A stretch of DNA of 64,000 nt from a virus. Position 1 is the first letter of the stretch; every line of letters begins with the position of its first letter. Below the pieces are notes generated by a model. The model was not told where the DNA came from. It did not search any database and saw only the letters and a program-made list of their open reading frames with translations. Of the stretch, positions 49,513 to 58,092 are shown piece by piece. The stretch lies in IMG/VR virus record IMGVR_UViG_3300034102_003113; one strand, given 5' to 3'. The translations under genes and the position numbers were made by a program.

Positions 49513-51618
49513 ATGTCAGTTTTACGATTTACAGCTTCTGGAAACCTTAAGTTAGATAGAAATGTTAAGTATGTAAGGGCTAGTATTAATATTAGTTGGA
49601 ATGACGAGTCGGCTCTTTGGGGTACTGCATTAAAGAGTCTCTCATTCAATGATGATAACAACACGGTTCAGTGGTCTACAACCCAAGATAGTGGAAATGC
49701 CTCAAGGAATTTTAAAATATCTGGTAGTACAACCTCAGCAACTGAAGTTTCAGTAACTTATCAATCTCAGAACACTCCACTTAACATAGATAAAAAGAGT
49801 GATACAAGACTTGCGTTTCTTGATGGGGATGGTACTGATGCTAATGCTACAGTTACACTTAGTATCGATGAGGTGGTATACTTTACTCCTGCCGAAAATC
49901 CACCTCCGCCAGGAACTACACCATCACCTGTTGGACCTACTTCTTGCCCCGCTCCTACAGACTGGGTAAATATCCTTCCACCATGCGGACGACCACCATC
50001 TGGATTAAGTTCTCCTGACGGACTACAAATTTCAAAATCTGGGCAGAATCAGATAACTCTTAATCTAAGAAACTATACAAATAAGTTAGTAACTTTAAAA
50101 ATTACGCATGAGAGAGACCCTGGATCTGTTTGGACCCAGAGTTTTGATTTTAATATACCTAACTGTTCAGATATTAGTCCCAACACAGGCGGTACTCCAT
50201 ACGCAAAGGCCGGATATTCCAACTCAAATATAACTGGAGTTAACACATTTTACGTATATAACGTAGATGGTGGAGATTACAATTACGTTTTCAATCATAG
50301 TTCTAATCCTGGTCCTCGCCCTTTGCGCACAAACTATAACTTAGTATGTAACACCGAGTGTTCTACTAACCCAGATGGGACTCAAAATTGCGTTACAACT
50401 TGCAGTTGTGAACCCTACCAGGAAACCTATGGTGGCTCATGGCCTCATTGCCCCACTGGAGTAGCAGTTTCCAAAAATGGAGGGAGCAGAGTCCAATGGC
50501 AGTTTGAAGATGGCGGCGGTGGAGACTATAATGACCAGAAAGTTACCATCGAGGTGGTGAGTGTAAGGAACGCGATTAGTTCCACTGGTCCTATCTGCAC
50601 TTCAGCGCTTAAGAGCAGTGTATGGATCTCTGATGGAAGTGATCTCGCTGCAAATGGTAATTGCATTAGTGACTATAAAGACCACTCTAACAAAATCAGG
50701 TTTAGAATCCCATCTCTGAAAACATCAAAAACTACATTCACCTCCCCTGTTTGTTCTTCTTCATTCAGAGGTGTTGCAGGAGCCGCGGCTCCAGGTGAAG
50801 ACCAAGGATCATCTAGTTCAGAGTACTCTGTTCTTCATATTTTTAATAGAGACTTCAAAAACACTGAATCATTAGTATCTGGTTCGGGTCTAATTGTCAC
50901 GCCACAGAGCGAAGGTGATGTATACATCGGGACCCTCCCCAATCCTAGTTTAAATACCACTTCAAGAAAACATTACTTAGTTCAATTCACCGATGGAACA
51001 ACAGTTTCAGCAGGTGCAAGTAATATTGATGTTACCATAGGGCAGAATTTAACTGCCGATGGATTAGTCTCTCCTATAGTTGTATCTAAAAAAGAACAAG
51101 TAAGTACAAGTTCTCTTCGTGTATGGTTTTATATCAACCTACAACAAAATGAGAGTTCTACCGAGGATGTTATCCATGTCTTTAATGACGATACAAACAC
51201 AACAGATGATGGGCTTAGCGACCTAGTATTCCCTGGAGTTACTATAGTCCCTCAACAACTTACAGACCCTGGCAATGAGACCGCGGGATTTGAAACATTA
51301 GATGCAACAAATAAAAAGCATTATCTACTTACTTTTACAGACTCAACAATCGTTAATTCGGACGCATCGAATATTAATATCATTATAAACCAAAATAAAA
51401 CCGCGAGCAATATCACTGCTAGAATCGGCATCTCTAAAAAAGAACGAGTCGATAATAAGAACGTTAGGGTATGGCTCACGGCTTATTACACTACTCGTCC
51501 AGTGGGTAAAGAACTCGATAACACTTTTGTGAGAGATTGGTCTGTAAATCGCTCCAGAGTTGAGGATTTCTCTGGTAATGTATTTGTTAGAAACTGGAAT
51601 CTTAAAAAGATAGTATGA
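49513..51618 (+). CDS. Cys/Pro-rich putative virion adhesin
   Basis: DGDGTDAN and FEDGGGGDYND motifs; duplicated C-terminal domain. Confidence 0.55.
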   Translation: MSVLRFTASGNLKLDRNVKYVRASINISWNDESALWGTALKSLSFNDDNNTVQWSTTQDSGNASRNFKISGSTTSATEVSVTYQSQNTPLNIDKKSDTRLAFLDGDGTDANATVTLSIDEVVYFTPAENPPPPGTTPSPVGPTSCPAPTDWVNILPPCGRPPSGLSSPDGLQISKSGQNQITLNLRNYTNKLVTLKITHERDPGSVWTQSFDFNIPNCSDISPNTGGTPYAKAGYSNSNITGVNTFYVYNVDGGDYNYVFNHSSNPGPRPLRTNYNLVCNTECSTNPDGTQNCVTTCSCEPYQETYGGSWPHCPTGVAVSKNGGSRVQWQFEDGGGGDYNDQKVTIEVVSVRNAISSTGPICTSALKSSVWISDGSDLAANGNCISDYKDHSNKIRFRIPSLKTSKTTFTSPVCSSSFRGVAGAAAPGEDQGSSSSEYSVLHIFNRDFKNTESLVSGSGLIVTPQSEGDVYIGTLPNPSLNTTSRKHYLVQFTDGTTVSAGASNIDVTIGQNLTADGLVSPIVVSKKEQVSTSSLRVWFYINLQQNESSTEDVIHVFNDDTNTTDDGLSDLVFPGVTIVPQQLTDPGNETAGFETLDATNKKHYLLTFTDSTIVNSDASNINIIINQNKTASNITARIGISKKERVDNKNVRVWLTAYYTTRPVGKELDNTFVRDWSVNRSRVEDFSGNVFVRNWNLKKIV

Positions 51619-51926
51619 GGGTCACATCAATATCCGCTTCGGGTCGTAGAGCCCGACCACCCAAGTGGTGGTGCGAGTTAGTAGAAAAAGTACCCAAGGT
51701 ATATTTACCCTGGCTCAGACCAAAAGTCTGGACACGTGAACTGGCACAGAAGTGGATGGATAGCATCCCATCAAAATGCCCCTTTGAAAGGCAGTGGTGG
51801 ATAGGGGACAAACTGGTACTTTTTATCCCGGCTCTATGCTCCTTGAATCCGCTCTCCACCCAACTCTACTCGCTACGTCTTGAAGCGCAGACTTATCTAT
51901 CTAGACTTGAAGTACCCCAAGAGTAG
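51615..51926 (+). CDS. Mo-nitro_C-like domain protein (cyanobacterial; not a nitrogenase)
   Basis: IPSKCPFER...IPALCSLNPL..QL..LR..A..YL matches the family pattern as I recall it. Confidence 0.75.
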   Translation: MRVTSISASGRRARPPKWWCELVEKVPKVYLPWLRPKVWTRELAQKWMDSIPSKCPFERQWWIGDKLVLFIPALCSLNPLSTQLYSLRLEAQTYLSRLEVPQE

Positions 51927-51967
51927 TTTAAAGAAATGTATCAAGGTCCAGACCTGAAATCTGGATC

Positions 51968-51978
51968 CATGATATAAT
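51968..51978 (+). promoter_or_regulatory. extended -10 promoter CATGATATAAT (GTTTAAAG also at 51926-51933)
   Basis: Upstream of ATG 52040. Confidence 0.6.
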
Positions 51979-52039
51979 ATCTAAGTGAGCAAAGAGAGAT
52001 CTTTCCTCCAAGAGACCCTAACCCAAGAGAATTTTTAAC

Positions 52040-52969
52040 ATGGCAACTTTTAGCATCACGACCATTGACCTGAGCACCAATGCTCCTCAACTCGCTCCTC
52101 TCTCTGGTCGCGAATACACCTCTGAATACACCCAACTCCCCAACGCTAACCTTCCTAAGGTAATGCGTAAGGAACTCGATACTGTGTTCACATTTCTGAC
52201 AGGCGAAGACCTCCCTCTCGATGAGAACACTTTCCTGATCAAGTCCCGCGATGGTGTATACTTCCGCCTTTTTGGCCCAGTCCTCAAGGTTGGTGCTGAT
52301 GGCGTAGAAGGCACTGAGACTGGTAAACTTTATGTCCAATGGGGACCTCGCTTCATTCCTGTTGGCATTGCAAAGGGTGGTTTCACCACCGCCGATGGTC
52401 GTGAAATGGAAGCCGAGTTTGGTTCGTTTAACTTCTCCGGTCGTGGTGAGGACCCGTGCCTCTTCATCTCTGTTGATACCGAAGATGGCCAAACCGTCCT
52501 CCCTGTGGCCGTTCGTTTCAGCGACTGGGAAAATCCCACCGAACCCAAGGCCCTCAATGCCCTTCTCAAGAAGAAGCCCGAAGACGTAGTCGCCCTTCTC
52601 CAACCTGTGACCGCCAAAGGCGCAGCATCTGGTCCTCGTATCGAAGCCGATGAGGAAATCGATTTCCGCGAACTGGATGTAAATGTTCCTTATGAGGTGG
52701 TTGGATATTACCCTTGCAAAACCTCCTATGGTTTGACCTACCGCATCTTGATTGACAACCTCCCTGAAGAGGGTAAGGTGTCCGGTGCATGGGCTCATAG
52801 TTCCATCCGTCCTCTCCTGGCCACTAAACCTGAGATCAATCGCGATAAGCCTGCTACTCTCACCCTGCGTAGCAAAGAGGAACTGGATACCGGCAAGATC
52901 CGTATCCGCTCCACTCTGCTTCTCGCACAACAAGAAGCCGATGAGTCGGCTCTCAACCTCGATTTCTGA
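52040..52969 (+). CDS. putative single-stranded DNA-binding protein
   Basis: Strong codon bias, beta-rich, acidic C-terminus ending EADESALNLDF, own promoter and terminator. The function is inferred. Confidence 0.4.
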   Translation: MATFSITTIDLSTNAPQLAPLSGREYTSEYTQLPNANLPKVMRKELDTVFTFLTGEDLPLDENTFLIKSRDGVYFRLFGPVLKVGADGVEGTETGKLYVQWGPRFIPVGIAKGGFTTADGREMEAEFGSFNFSGRGEDPCLFISVDTEDGQTVLPVAVRFSDWENPTEPKALNALLKKKPEDVVALLQPVTAKGAASGPRIEADEEIDFRELDVNVPYEVVGYYPCKTSYGLTYRILIDNLPEEGKVSGAWAHSSIRPLLATKPEINRDKPATLTLRSKEELDTGKIRIRSTLLLAQQEADESALNLDF

Positions 52970-52991
52970 TAACTCAGAGGTCTGATATATT

Positions 52992-53022
52992 GCCCTGGAG
53001 GATTAACCCCCTCTGGGGCTTT
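52992..53022 (+). terminator. intrinsic terminator-like hairpin
   Basis: GCCCTGGAGG...CCTCTGGGGC-TTT. Confidence 0.5.
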
Positions 53023-53055
53023 ATAGTTTAAAGACCTATTACCACTAGGTTTATT

Positions 53056-53583
53056 ATGGATAATGAATTAAGAGTCCCAGAGGGATGGGGATTGGCAGAG
53101 TACGCCGAACCTGGAAAGGATACGGGAAAGACCCAAAAGAATGTTGAGTTGGTTTCTCCTGGTCCTCAATCAGGCGAAGATGATTATCACTCTCAGTATG
53201 TAGATCCAGAAGGAAAGTTTGGTGCTGCAAAAACAGGACAAGGTGCGTCTAGTCCATCCTCGTATAGTGGAGAGGAGACGGCCCAAGAGGAACCTAAAGG
53301 ATCCCAACCTTACGATGTTGGTCAACTCCATCTTGAGGATAAAGAGGTGGTTGTTGAGGATGGAAGACAACGTGGCTATCATTACTATCTAGTCACCCAT
53401 CCAGACAAGGAGTACTTCTACTCAGTAATTCCTAAACTCCGCGGAAACAAAGAGACCTATAAGAGTCCACACAAGTCGACTCGAAAGGAGGCTCTTGAGG
53501 CCGCCTATAAGGTCCTAAATGTTACATTACCCGCCTCTATCTCAGATCAGATGCACTATACCTATCCAGAGAGTGAAATCTGA
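53056..53583 (+). CDS. hypothetical protein
   Basis: 175 aa; GTTTAAAG at 53026-53033. Confidence 0.6.
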   Translation: MDNELRVPEGWGLAEYAEPGKDTGKTQKNVELVSPGPQSGEDDYHSQYVDPEGKFGAAKTGQGASSPSSYSGEETAQEEPKGSQPYDVGQLHLEDKEVVVEDGRQRGYHYYLVTHPDKEYFYSVIPKLRGNKETYKSPHKSTRKEALEAAYKVLNVTLPASISDQMHYTYPESEI

Positions 53584-53590
53584 TCCAAAC

Positions 53591-53601
53591 TATGATAGAA
53601 T
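53591..53601 (+). promoter_or_regulatory. extended -10 promoter TATGATAGAAT
   Basis: Upstream of nrdB. Confidence 0.65.
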
Positions 53602-53633
53602 GAAATTCTTTTCTACAGATCCCAGTACCCCCC

Positions 53634-54629
53634 ATGAGTAGCATCCTAGAGCATAACAAGATGATCTTTAAGAAGGACACTGGGTTTGATTTCCCAGAGT
53701 TCTACGACTACTATGAGCGTACAGTGGCAAGTGTATGGCGTCATCAAGAGGTAGCCATGGAATCCGATCTCCGCGATTGGCAATTCAACTCTACACCTGA
53801 CGAGAGGGCTGTTATCGCCGGGATCCTCAAGGGATTTGTTAGCGCAGAGTTGGGAATCGGATGCTACTGGGCAGATGAAGTATGCCGAATCTTCCCCAAA
53901 CCAGAGATTCAGGCTATGGCTAAAGCCTTCTCATTCTTTGAGACTATCCATGCCGCTGCCTATTCCTACCTCAATGATGTTCTTGGACTCAAGGAGTACG
54001 AGGAATTTATCAACGATCCCGTCACCTGTTCTAAGATCGATACATTTTTCTCTAAGTATCCAGATAAGGTCGCTCTTGCAGTGTTCTCTGGAGCGGGGGA
54101 AGGTGTAAGTCTATTCAGTTCATTTGCTGTGCTCCTTAGCTTCAATAAGGATGGTAGGTACAAGGGTCTGGCTCAGATTATTTCCTGGTCTGCCATTGAT
54201 GAGCAGACTCACTCCGAGGCTGGATGCCAACTCTTCAAGAGATTGGTGGAAGAGACAGGACTATCAGACTCCGATCGCCAAGCCATCTATGAAGGTTTCC
54301 AACTCGTAGTAGACAAGGAATCCTCCTTTATCGACCATATCTTTAACTCAGCGTATATCTCCTCAATCGACGCCAGTGAGTTGAAAGCTTATATTAAGAA
54401 CAGGGCAAATGAACGCCTACTTCTCCTTGGTCTTGACCAGATGTTCAAACTATCAACCGAAGAACTTACAAAGGCTAAATCAATCTCATCTTGGTTTGAT
54501 CCGATGGTCAAAGGGGCAAGTAGCACAGATTTCTTTGCCGCTTCTAAAGATGGTGCTAATTACGTAGCCAAAATCTCCCAAGATTTCATGGCTGTAGATC
54601 TTTCCGCCTTAGACCTTGTTCTTGTCTAA
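53634..54629 (+). CDS. nrdB: class I ribonucleotide reductase beta subunit
   Basis: W..EV.M..D..DW, ETIHAAAY, EGVSLFSSF, DEQTH, C-terminal DFF...NY. Confidence 0.93.
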   Translation: MSSILEHNKMIFKKDTGFDFPEFYDYYERTVASVWRHQEVAMESDLRDWQFNSTPDERAVIAGILKGFVSAELGIGCYWADEVCRIFPKPEIQAMAKAFSFFETIHAAAYSYLNDVLGLKEYEEFINDPVTCSKIDTFFSKYPDKVALAVFSGAGEGVSLFSSFAVLLSFNKDGRYKGLAQIISWSAIDEQTHSEAGCQLFKRLVEETGLSDSDRQAIYEGFQLVVDKESSFIDHIFNSAYISSIDASELKAYIKNRANERLLLLGLDQMFKLSTEELTKAKSISSWFDPMVKGASSTDFFAASKDGANYVAKISQDFMAVDLSALDLVLV

Positions 54630-54632
54630 GAA

Positions 54633-54788
54633 ATGATCAAAGAACCTATTTGCACCAAGGGTTATTGGGTGGTTGAACTTTCTGATGGTTATCAAATCAA
54701 ATTCAATGACGGCGAAACAGCCCAAGATTTTTATCTACTAAATAAAGCTAGAGAAGAACAAATTTATGGCAATCCATCCAAACCCTGA
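54633..54788 (+). CDS. small hypothetical protein (51 aa, not in the ORF track)
   Basis: Hand-translated MIKEPICTKGYWVVELSDGYQIKFNDGETAQDFY...; fills the gap after nrdB. Confidence 0.45.
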   Translation: MIKEPICTKGYWVVELSDGYQIKFNDGETAQDFYLLNKAREEQIYGNPSKP

Positions 54789-54972
54789 CCGAGATGAGTC
54801 TTTGATGATCAAAGACCATGGCACAACATGTCTAATCACTGACATCAAAGCCGATGGATATCTCCGCAGGGCACGAATGAAAAAGAATACAACACCACCA
54901 ATCGACCGATACTCTAGACCTTGTGGTGGTAGAGGCGGGTTTGATGACTTTGTGGAGAGATGGCATGAATGA
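54766..54972 (+). CDS. small hypothetical protein (cyanophage-type)
   Basis: MAIHPNPDRD...GTTCLITD. Confidence 0.5.
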   Translation: MAIHPNPDRDESLMIKDHGTTCLITDIKADGYLRRARMKKNTTPPIDRYSRPCGGRGGFDDFVERWHE

Positions 54973-55375
54973 CTTTAGAACTCCAGATGGTTGGAGTGTA
55001 AGAGGACGGGAGCAAGGTGGCCGAGATTTCTCAGACTCCAAGGAAATGTGGAAGCAATGGAGAAACTCACCCTATGAGGTAAGTAATAAAGGCCAAGTAA
55101 GACGAAAAGGAAGCGGTGAAGTCCGTAAACCTAGAGACGATGGACGTAAGCATCACAGAGTTAATCTAACTTGGGATGGTAATCGTGAGGAACCAATGCT
55201 CCATCAAATGGTTATGGAACTATTCGGTCCGCCAAAGCCTAAAGGAAAGAATATAGTAATCCTCCATAAAGATAACAATGGAACAAACAACTCCATCTCT
55301 AATCTAAAATGGGGAACTAAGTCAGAGAACGTACAACAGGCGCATGACGATGGGTTAATCGATAACTCAAAATAA
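54965..55375 (+). CDS. NUMOD4-HNH homing endonuclease
   Basis: YEVSNKGQVR (NUMOD4); HQMVMELF, ILHKDNN..NN.ISNLKWGT.SEN. Start is ATG 54965. Confidence 0.85.
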   Translation: MNDFRTPDGWSVRGREQGGRDFSDSKEMWKQWRNSPYEVSNKGQVRRKGSGEVRKPRDDGRKHHRVNLTWDGNREEPMLHQMVMELFGPPKPKGKNIVILHKDNNGTNNSISNLKWGTKSENVQQAHDDGLIDNSK

Positions 55376-55401
55376 TCGTCCACTAATTAACCAAATAGCA
55401 T

Positions 55402-55466
55402 TTAACCTAGACGCGGAGTAACAGACCATTACATCTAGGTTAATTTGTTATGCTCTATGATAAAAT
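55402..55466 (+). promoter_or_regulatory. 10-bp inverted repeat plus extended -10 promoter of nrdA
   Basis: TTAACCTAGA (55402-11) and TCTAGGTTAA (55434-43); TATGATAAAAT at 55456-66. Confidence 0.55.
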
Positions 55467-55487
55467 TAATTTACCCACTTTGATCAG

Positions 55488-57404
55488 ATGCCAGAACTTC
55501 AAGTACCAGAATGGATGAGTAAGGAAGCCGTGGATACCCTCTCAAGGGGGTATCTATGGAATGCGGAGACCCCCCGTGGGATGTTTGAACGAGTCTCAAA
55601 TCAAGCCGCTAAGATCCTTGAATATCCAGAATTAGCCGATGATCTTTTCGAGGTACTCTGGCGTGGGTTTTTAGGTCTTGCTACTCCAGTAGCCAGCAAC
55701 TTTGGCACGTCTCGTGGGTTACCAATTAGTTGCTACTCAACTCATCTCTCCGACTCGGTCCAGTCCATCTACTCCCACCTCAAGGAAGTCGCTGCTCTAT
55801 CAAAGAATGGTGGTGGAGTAGGAGTATATCTCGGTGACATCCGCCCTTCTGGATCTCCTATTGCCTCTGGTGGGAAGAGCACCGGCATTGTTCCTTGGGC
55901 TCGGCAATATGACCAGTGTGCTTCTGTAGTCAGCCAAGGTGGAGTGAGGAGAGGAAGTTTTGCAATGTATGTCCCTATCGACCACCCTGATCTTGCAGAG
56001 TTGCTCCGCACTAAAGACCACTCTCAAGGTGACCCGCGGGATTTTGTTGATAGCAATATCGCCGTCTCTATCACCGATGAGTGGGTAGAGAGCATGTTGG
56101 CTGGAGATCGTGAAAAGCAAAAGATCTTTGGCGAGGTGCTTAAGGTTCGGATGATCAGCGGGTCACCATACATCATTTATATTGATAATGCCAACCGCGC
56201 CAATCCTGAATGCTATACCCAACGTGGTCTTAAAGTAAGTCTTAGTAATCTCTGTTCAGAGATCTTCCTCCATACAGATGAGAACCATACCTTTGTCTGC
56301 GTACTCAGTTCTATCAACCTTGCCCGATGGGAAGAATGGAAAGACTGGAGAGGAGCAAAAACTGGCAAATCTGTACCTGAGTTGGCCGTGTACCTCCTCG
56401 ATGCGGTCGTAGAGGAGTTCTGTCATAAGGGCGATCGCACTGCATCCATGGGACGGAGTGTTCGTTTCGCTCGTAAATCCAGAGCTCTTGGCCTGGGTAC
56501 TATGGGTCTCCATGCACTCTATCAGTCTAAGAATCTTCCGTTTGCATCTGAGGAAGCCCGTGTCCTAAACATCGAGACACATAGATTCATCAAAGAGCAG
56601 GCAATTAAGGCCTCTGAGGAGATGGCAATCAGATATGGCGAACCAGAATGGTGCGAGGGAAGTGGCCGGAGACACACTCACCTGATGGCCATTGCTCCAA
56701 CTCGTTCTAACTCTGTTATCTGCGGAGCTGTGAGTCAGGGCATCGAACCCATCGATGCTAATTACTATGTCGCTAAGCAAGCAAAAGGTACTTTTGTTCG
56801 TAAAAATCCCTACCTTGAAGCGTACCTAGACTCAGTCGGGAAGAACACCGAGGAGGTATGGGAAAGCATATTGGAGTTCAGAGGATCTGTCCAGCATCTC
56901 GATTTCCTATCCGAGGAGACCAAGGGTATCTTCCTCACAGCTCGTGAGATGGACCAGTTTGAACTTGTTAAACAAGCCTCAGATCGTCAACCCTATGTTT
57001 GCCAAGGGCAATCCCTCAACCTCTTCGTAGACCCTGAGTCCTCCCCAGAATATCTCTTCAAGCTCCACCTAAGTGCCTGGAAGGGTGGCCTGAAGTCCCT
57101 TTATTACCTCAAGAGTAGTTCTTTACTCGTCAAGAGAAAGAAACTCGAGACGGTATCTAAGACCGCAAAAATCATCACAAAGGAAACTTGCCCTTATTGC
57201 ACCATGGCAAAGTCCCTGCTCAAAGCAAAGGGATACAAGATTGAGGAGATTGATCGCGCCAATGTGCCTGACTCTGAATTCCCCTACCGCACTGTGCCTC
57301 AGATCTGGATCAATGGACAGTACATTGGTGGATACACAGAACTGGCAGAGAAGATTGGCACTCCAGAAAAACAATATGGTGAGTGTACTGCCTGCGAGGG
57401 TTGA
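55488..57404 (+). CDS. nrdA: class I ribonucleotide reductase alpha subunit with fused glutaredoxin domain
   Basis: ISCY, GGGVG, SQGGVRRG, SNLCSEI, VCVLSS, IAPT, KSLYY; then TCPYC...TVPQIWINGQYIGGY and terminal CTAC. Confidence 0.95.
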   Translation: MPELQVPEWMSKEAVDTLSRGYLWNAETPRGMFERVSNQAAKILEYPELADDLFEVLWRGFLGLATPVASNFGTSRGLPISCYSTHLSDSVQSIYSHLKEVAALSKNGGGVGVYLGDIRPSGSPIASGGKSTGIVPWARQYDQCASVVSQGGVRRGSFAMYVPIDHPDLAELLRTKDHSQGDPRDFVDSNIAVSITDEWVESMLAGDREKQKIFGEVLKVRMISGSPYIIYIDNANRANPECYTQRGLKVSLSNLCSEIFLHTDENHTFVCVLSSINLARWEEWKDWRGAKTGKSVPELAVYLLDAVVEEFCHKGDRTASMGRSVRFARKSRALGLGTMGLHALYQSKNLPFASEEARVLNIETHRFIKEQAIKASEEMAIRYGEPEWCEGSGRRHTHLMAIAPTRSNSVICGAVSQGIEPIDANYYVAKQAKGTFVRKNPYLEAYLDSVGKNTEEVWESILEFRGSVQHLDFLSEETKGIFLTAREMDQFELVKQASDRQPYVCQGQSLNLFVDPESSPEYLFKLHLSAWKGGLKSLYYLKSSSLLVKRKKLETVSKTAKIITKETCPYCTMAKSLLKAKGYKIEEIDRANVPDSEFPYRTVPQIWINGQYIGGYTELAEKIGTPEKQYGECTACEG

Positions 57405-57418
57405 TCTAAGCCCAAATC

Positions 57419-57429
57419 TATGATAGAAT
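57419..57429 (+). promoter_or_regulatory. extended -10 promoter TATGATAGAAT
   Basis: Immediately upstream of the dNTP pyrophosphatase gene. Confidence 0.65.
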
Positions 57430-57439
57430 CTACAAGTAA

Positions 57440-57907
57440 ATGCTACCCCAGCAAGATATGAATTTCGACTACGCCAGGTTTATCGATGAAGGCTATGCTT
57501 CTCAGCAAAAGTACGCTAAAGCTGCAGGACAACCTGGCCCTTTGGATGAAAACCTCTCCAGTAATGATCGCCATGCAAAGGTGATTGAGTACATGGGCCA
57601 TCTCATCGAAGAGACTATTGAGGCCCGAGTGTATGTCCCACGGCGTAGTTGGAAAACCAATGAACCCTCGTTCCTTGACTCCAATAAAAACCGTGAGGAG
57701 TTTATCGCTGAATGCTTTGATATTCTTCTCTTCCACCGGGCAATTTTGGCTTATGCCGGAGTTACTGGGGATGAATTTGCTGAGGTTGCAGCACGGAAAC
57801 TCGACTATAACTCAAAACGTAAAGATCACATCACCAATGGCACCGAGTCCGCTCCTGTTGATCCGTCTAAAGAACTTCAAGGAGACTGCCCTTCAGCTTC
57901 TTTCTAA
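57440..57907 (+). CDS. all-alpha dNTP pyrophosphatase (dimeric dUTPase / T4 gp56 dCTPase-like)
   Basis: EETIE, RSWK, AECFDILLF, K..YN..R. Confidence 0.7.
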   Translation: MLPQQDMNFDYARFIDEGYASQQKYAKAAGQPGPLDENLSSNDRHAKVIEYMGHLIEETIEARVYVPRRSWKTNEPSFLDSNKNREEFIAECFDILLFHRAILAYAGVTGDEFAEVAARKLDYNSKRKDHITNGTESAPVDPSKELQGDCPSASF

Positions 57908-57915
57908 ATGATACA

Positions 57916-58092
57916 ATGAACAAACGACCGATTCAAAGACTCCTACAGGATACCTCTGAAGACCGGTGTTTAAATTGTGACGGGAGGGGGTTTGAGATCA
58001 TCACTCATACCTCTCCTGATGGATACGTAGAACCAAACGAGGTACAGGAATGTGAACATTGCAATAGCACTGGAAAACGCATGGGGAATTAA
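57916..58092 (+). CDS. small DnaJ-type zinc-finger protein (58 aa, not in the ORF track)
   Basis: Hand-translated ...CLNCDGRG...CEHCNSTG... Confidence 0.6.
   Translation: MNKRPIQRLLQDTSEDRCLNCDGRGFEIITHTSPDGYVEPNEVQECEHCNSTGKRMGN

Noticed and set aside
51615-51926. Nitrogen-fixation auxiliary gene
   Set aside because: The domain name is misleading; no nifHDK-like sequence is present.
51941-52933. 330-aa antisense ORF over the SSB-like gene
   Set aside because: Best explained as a shadow of strong sense-strand codon bias. It has no recognisable motifs, and the promoter and terminator fit the + gene.
56431-56438. HIP1 octamer GCGATCGC
   Set aside because: Only one copy was noticed, so there is no evidence of enrichment.
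53634-57404. Intron or intein in nrdA/nrdB
   Set aside because: Both ORFs are continuous and of normal size; the extra NrdA segment is a glutaredoxin without intein motifs.
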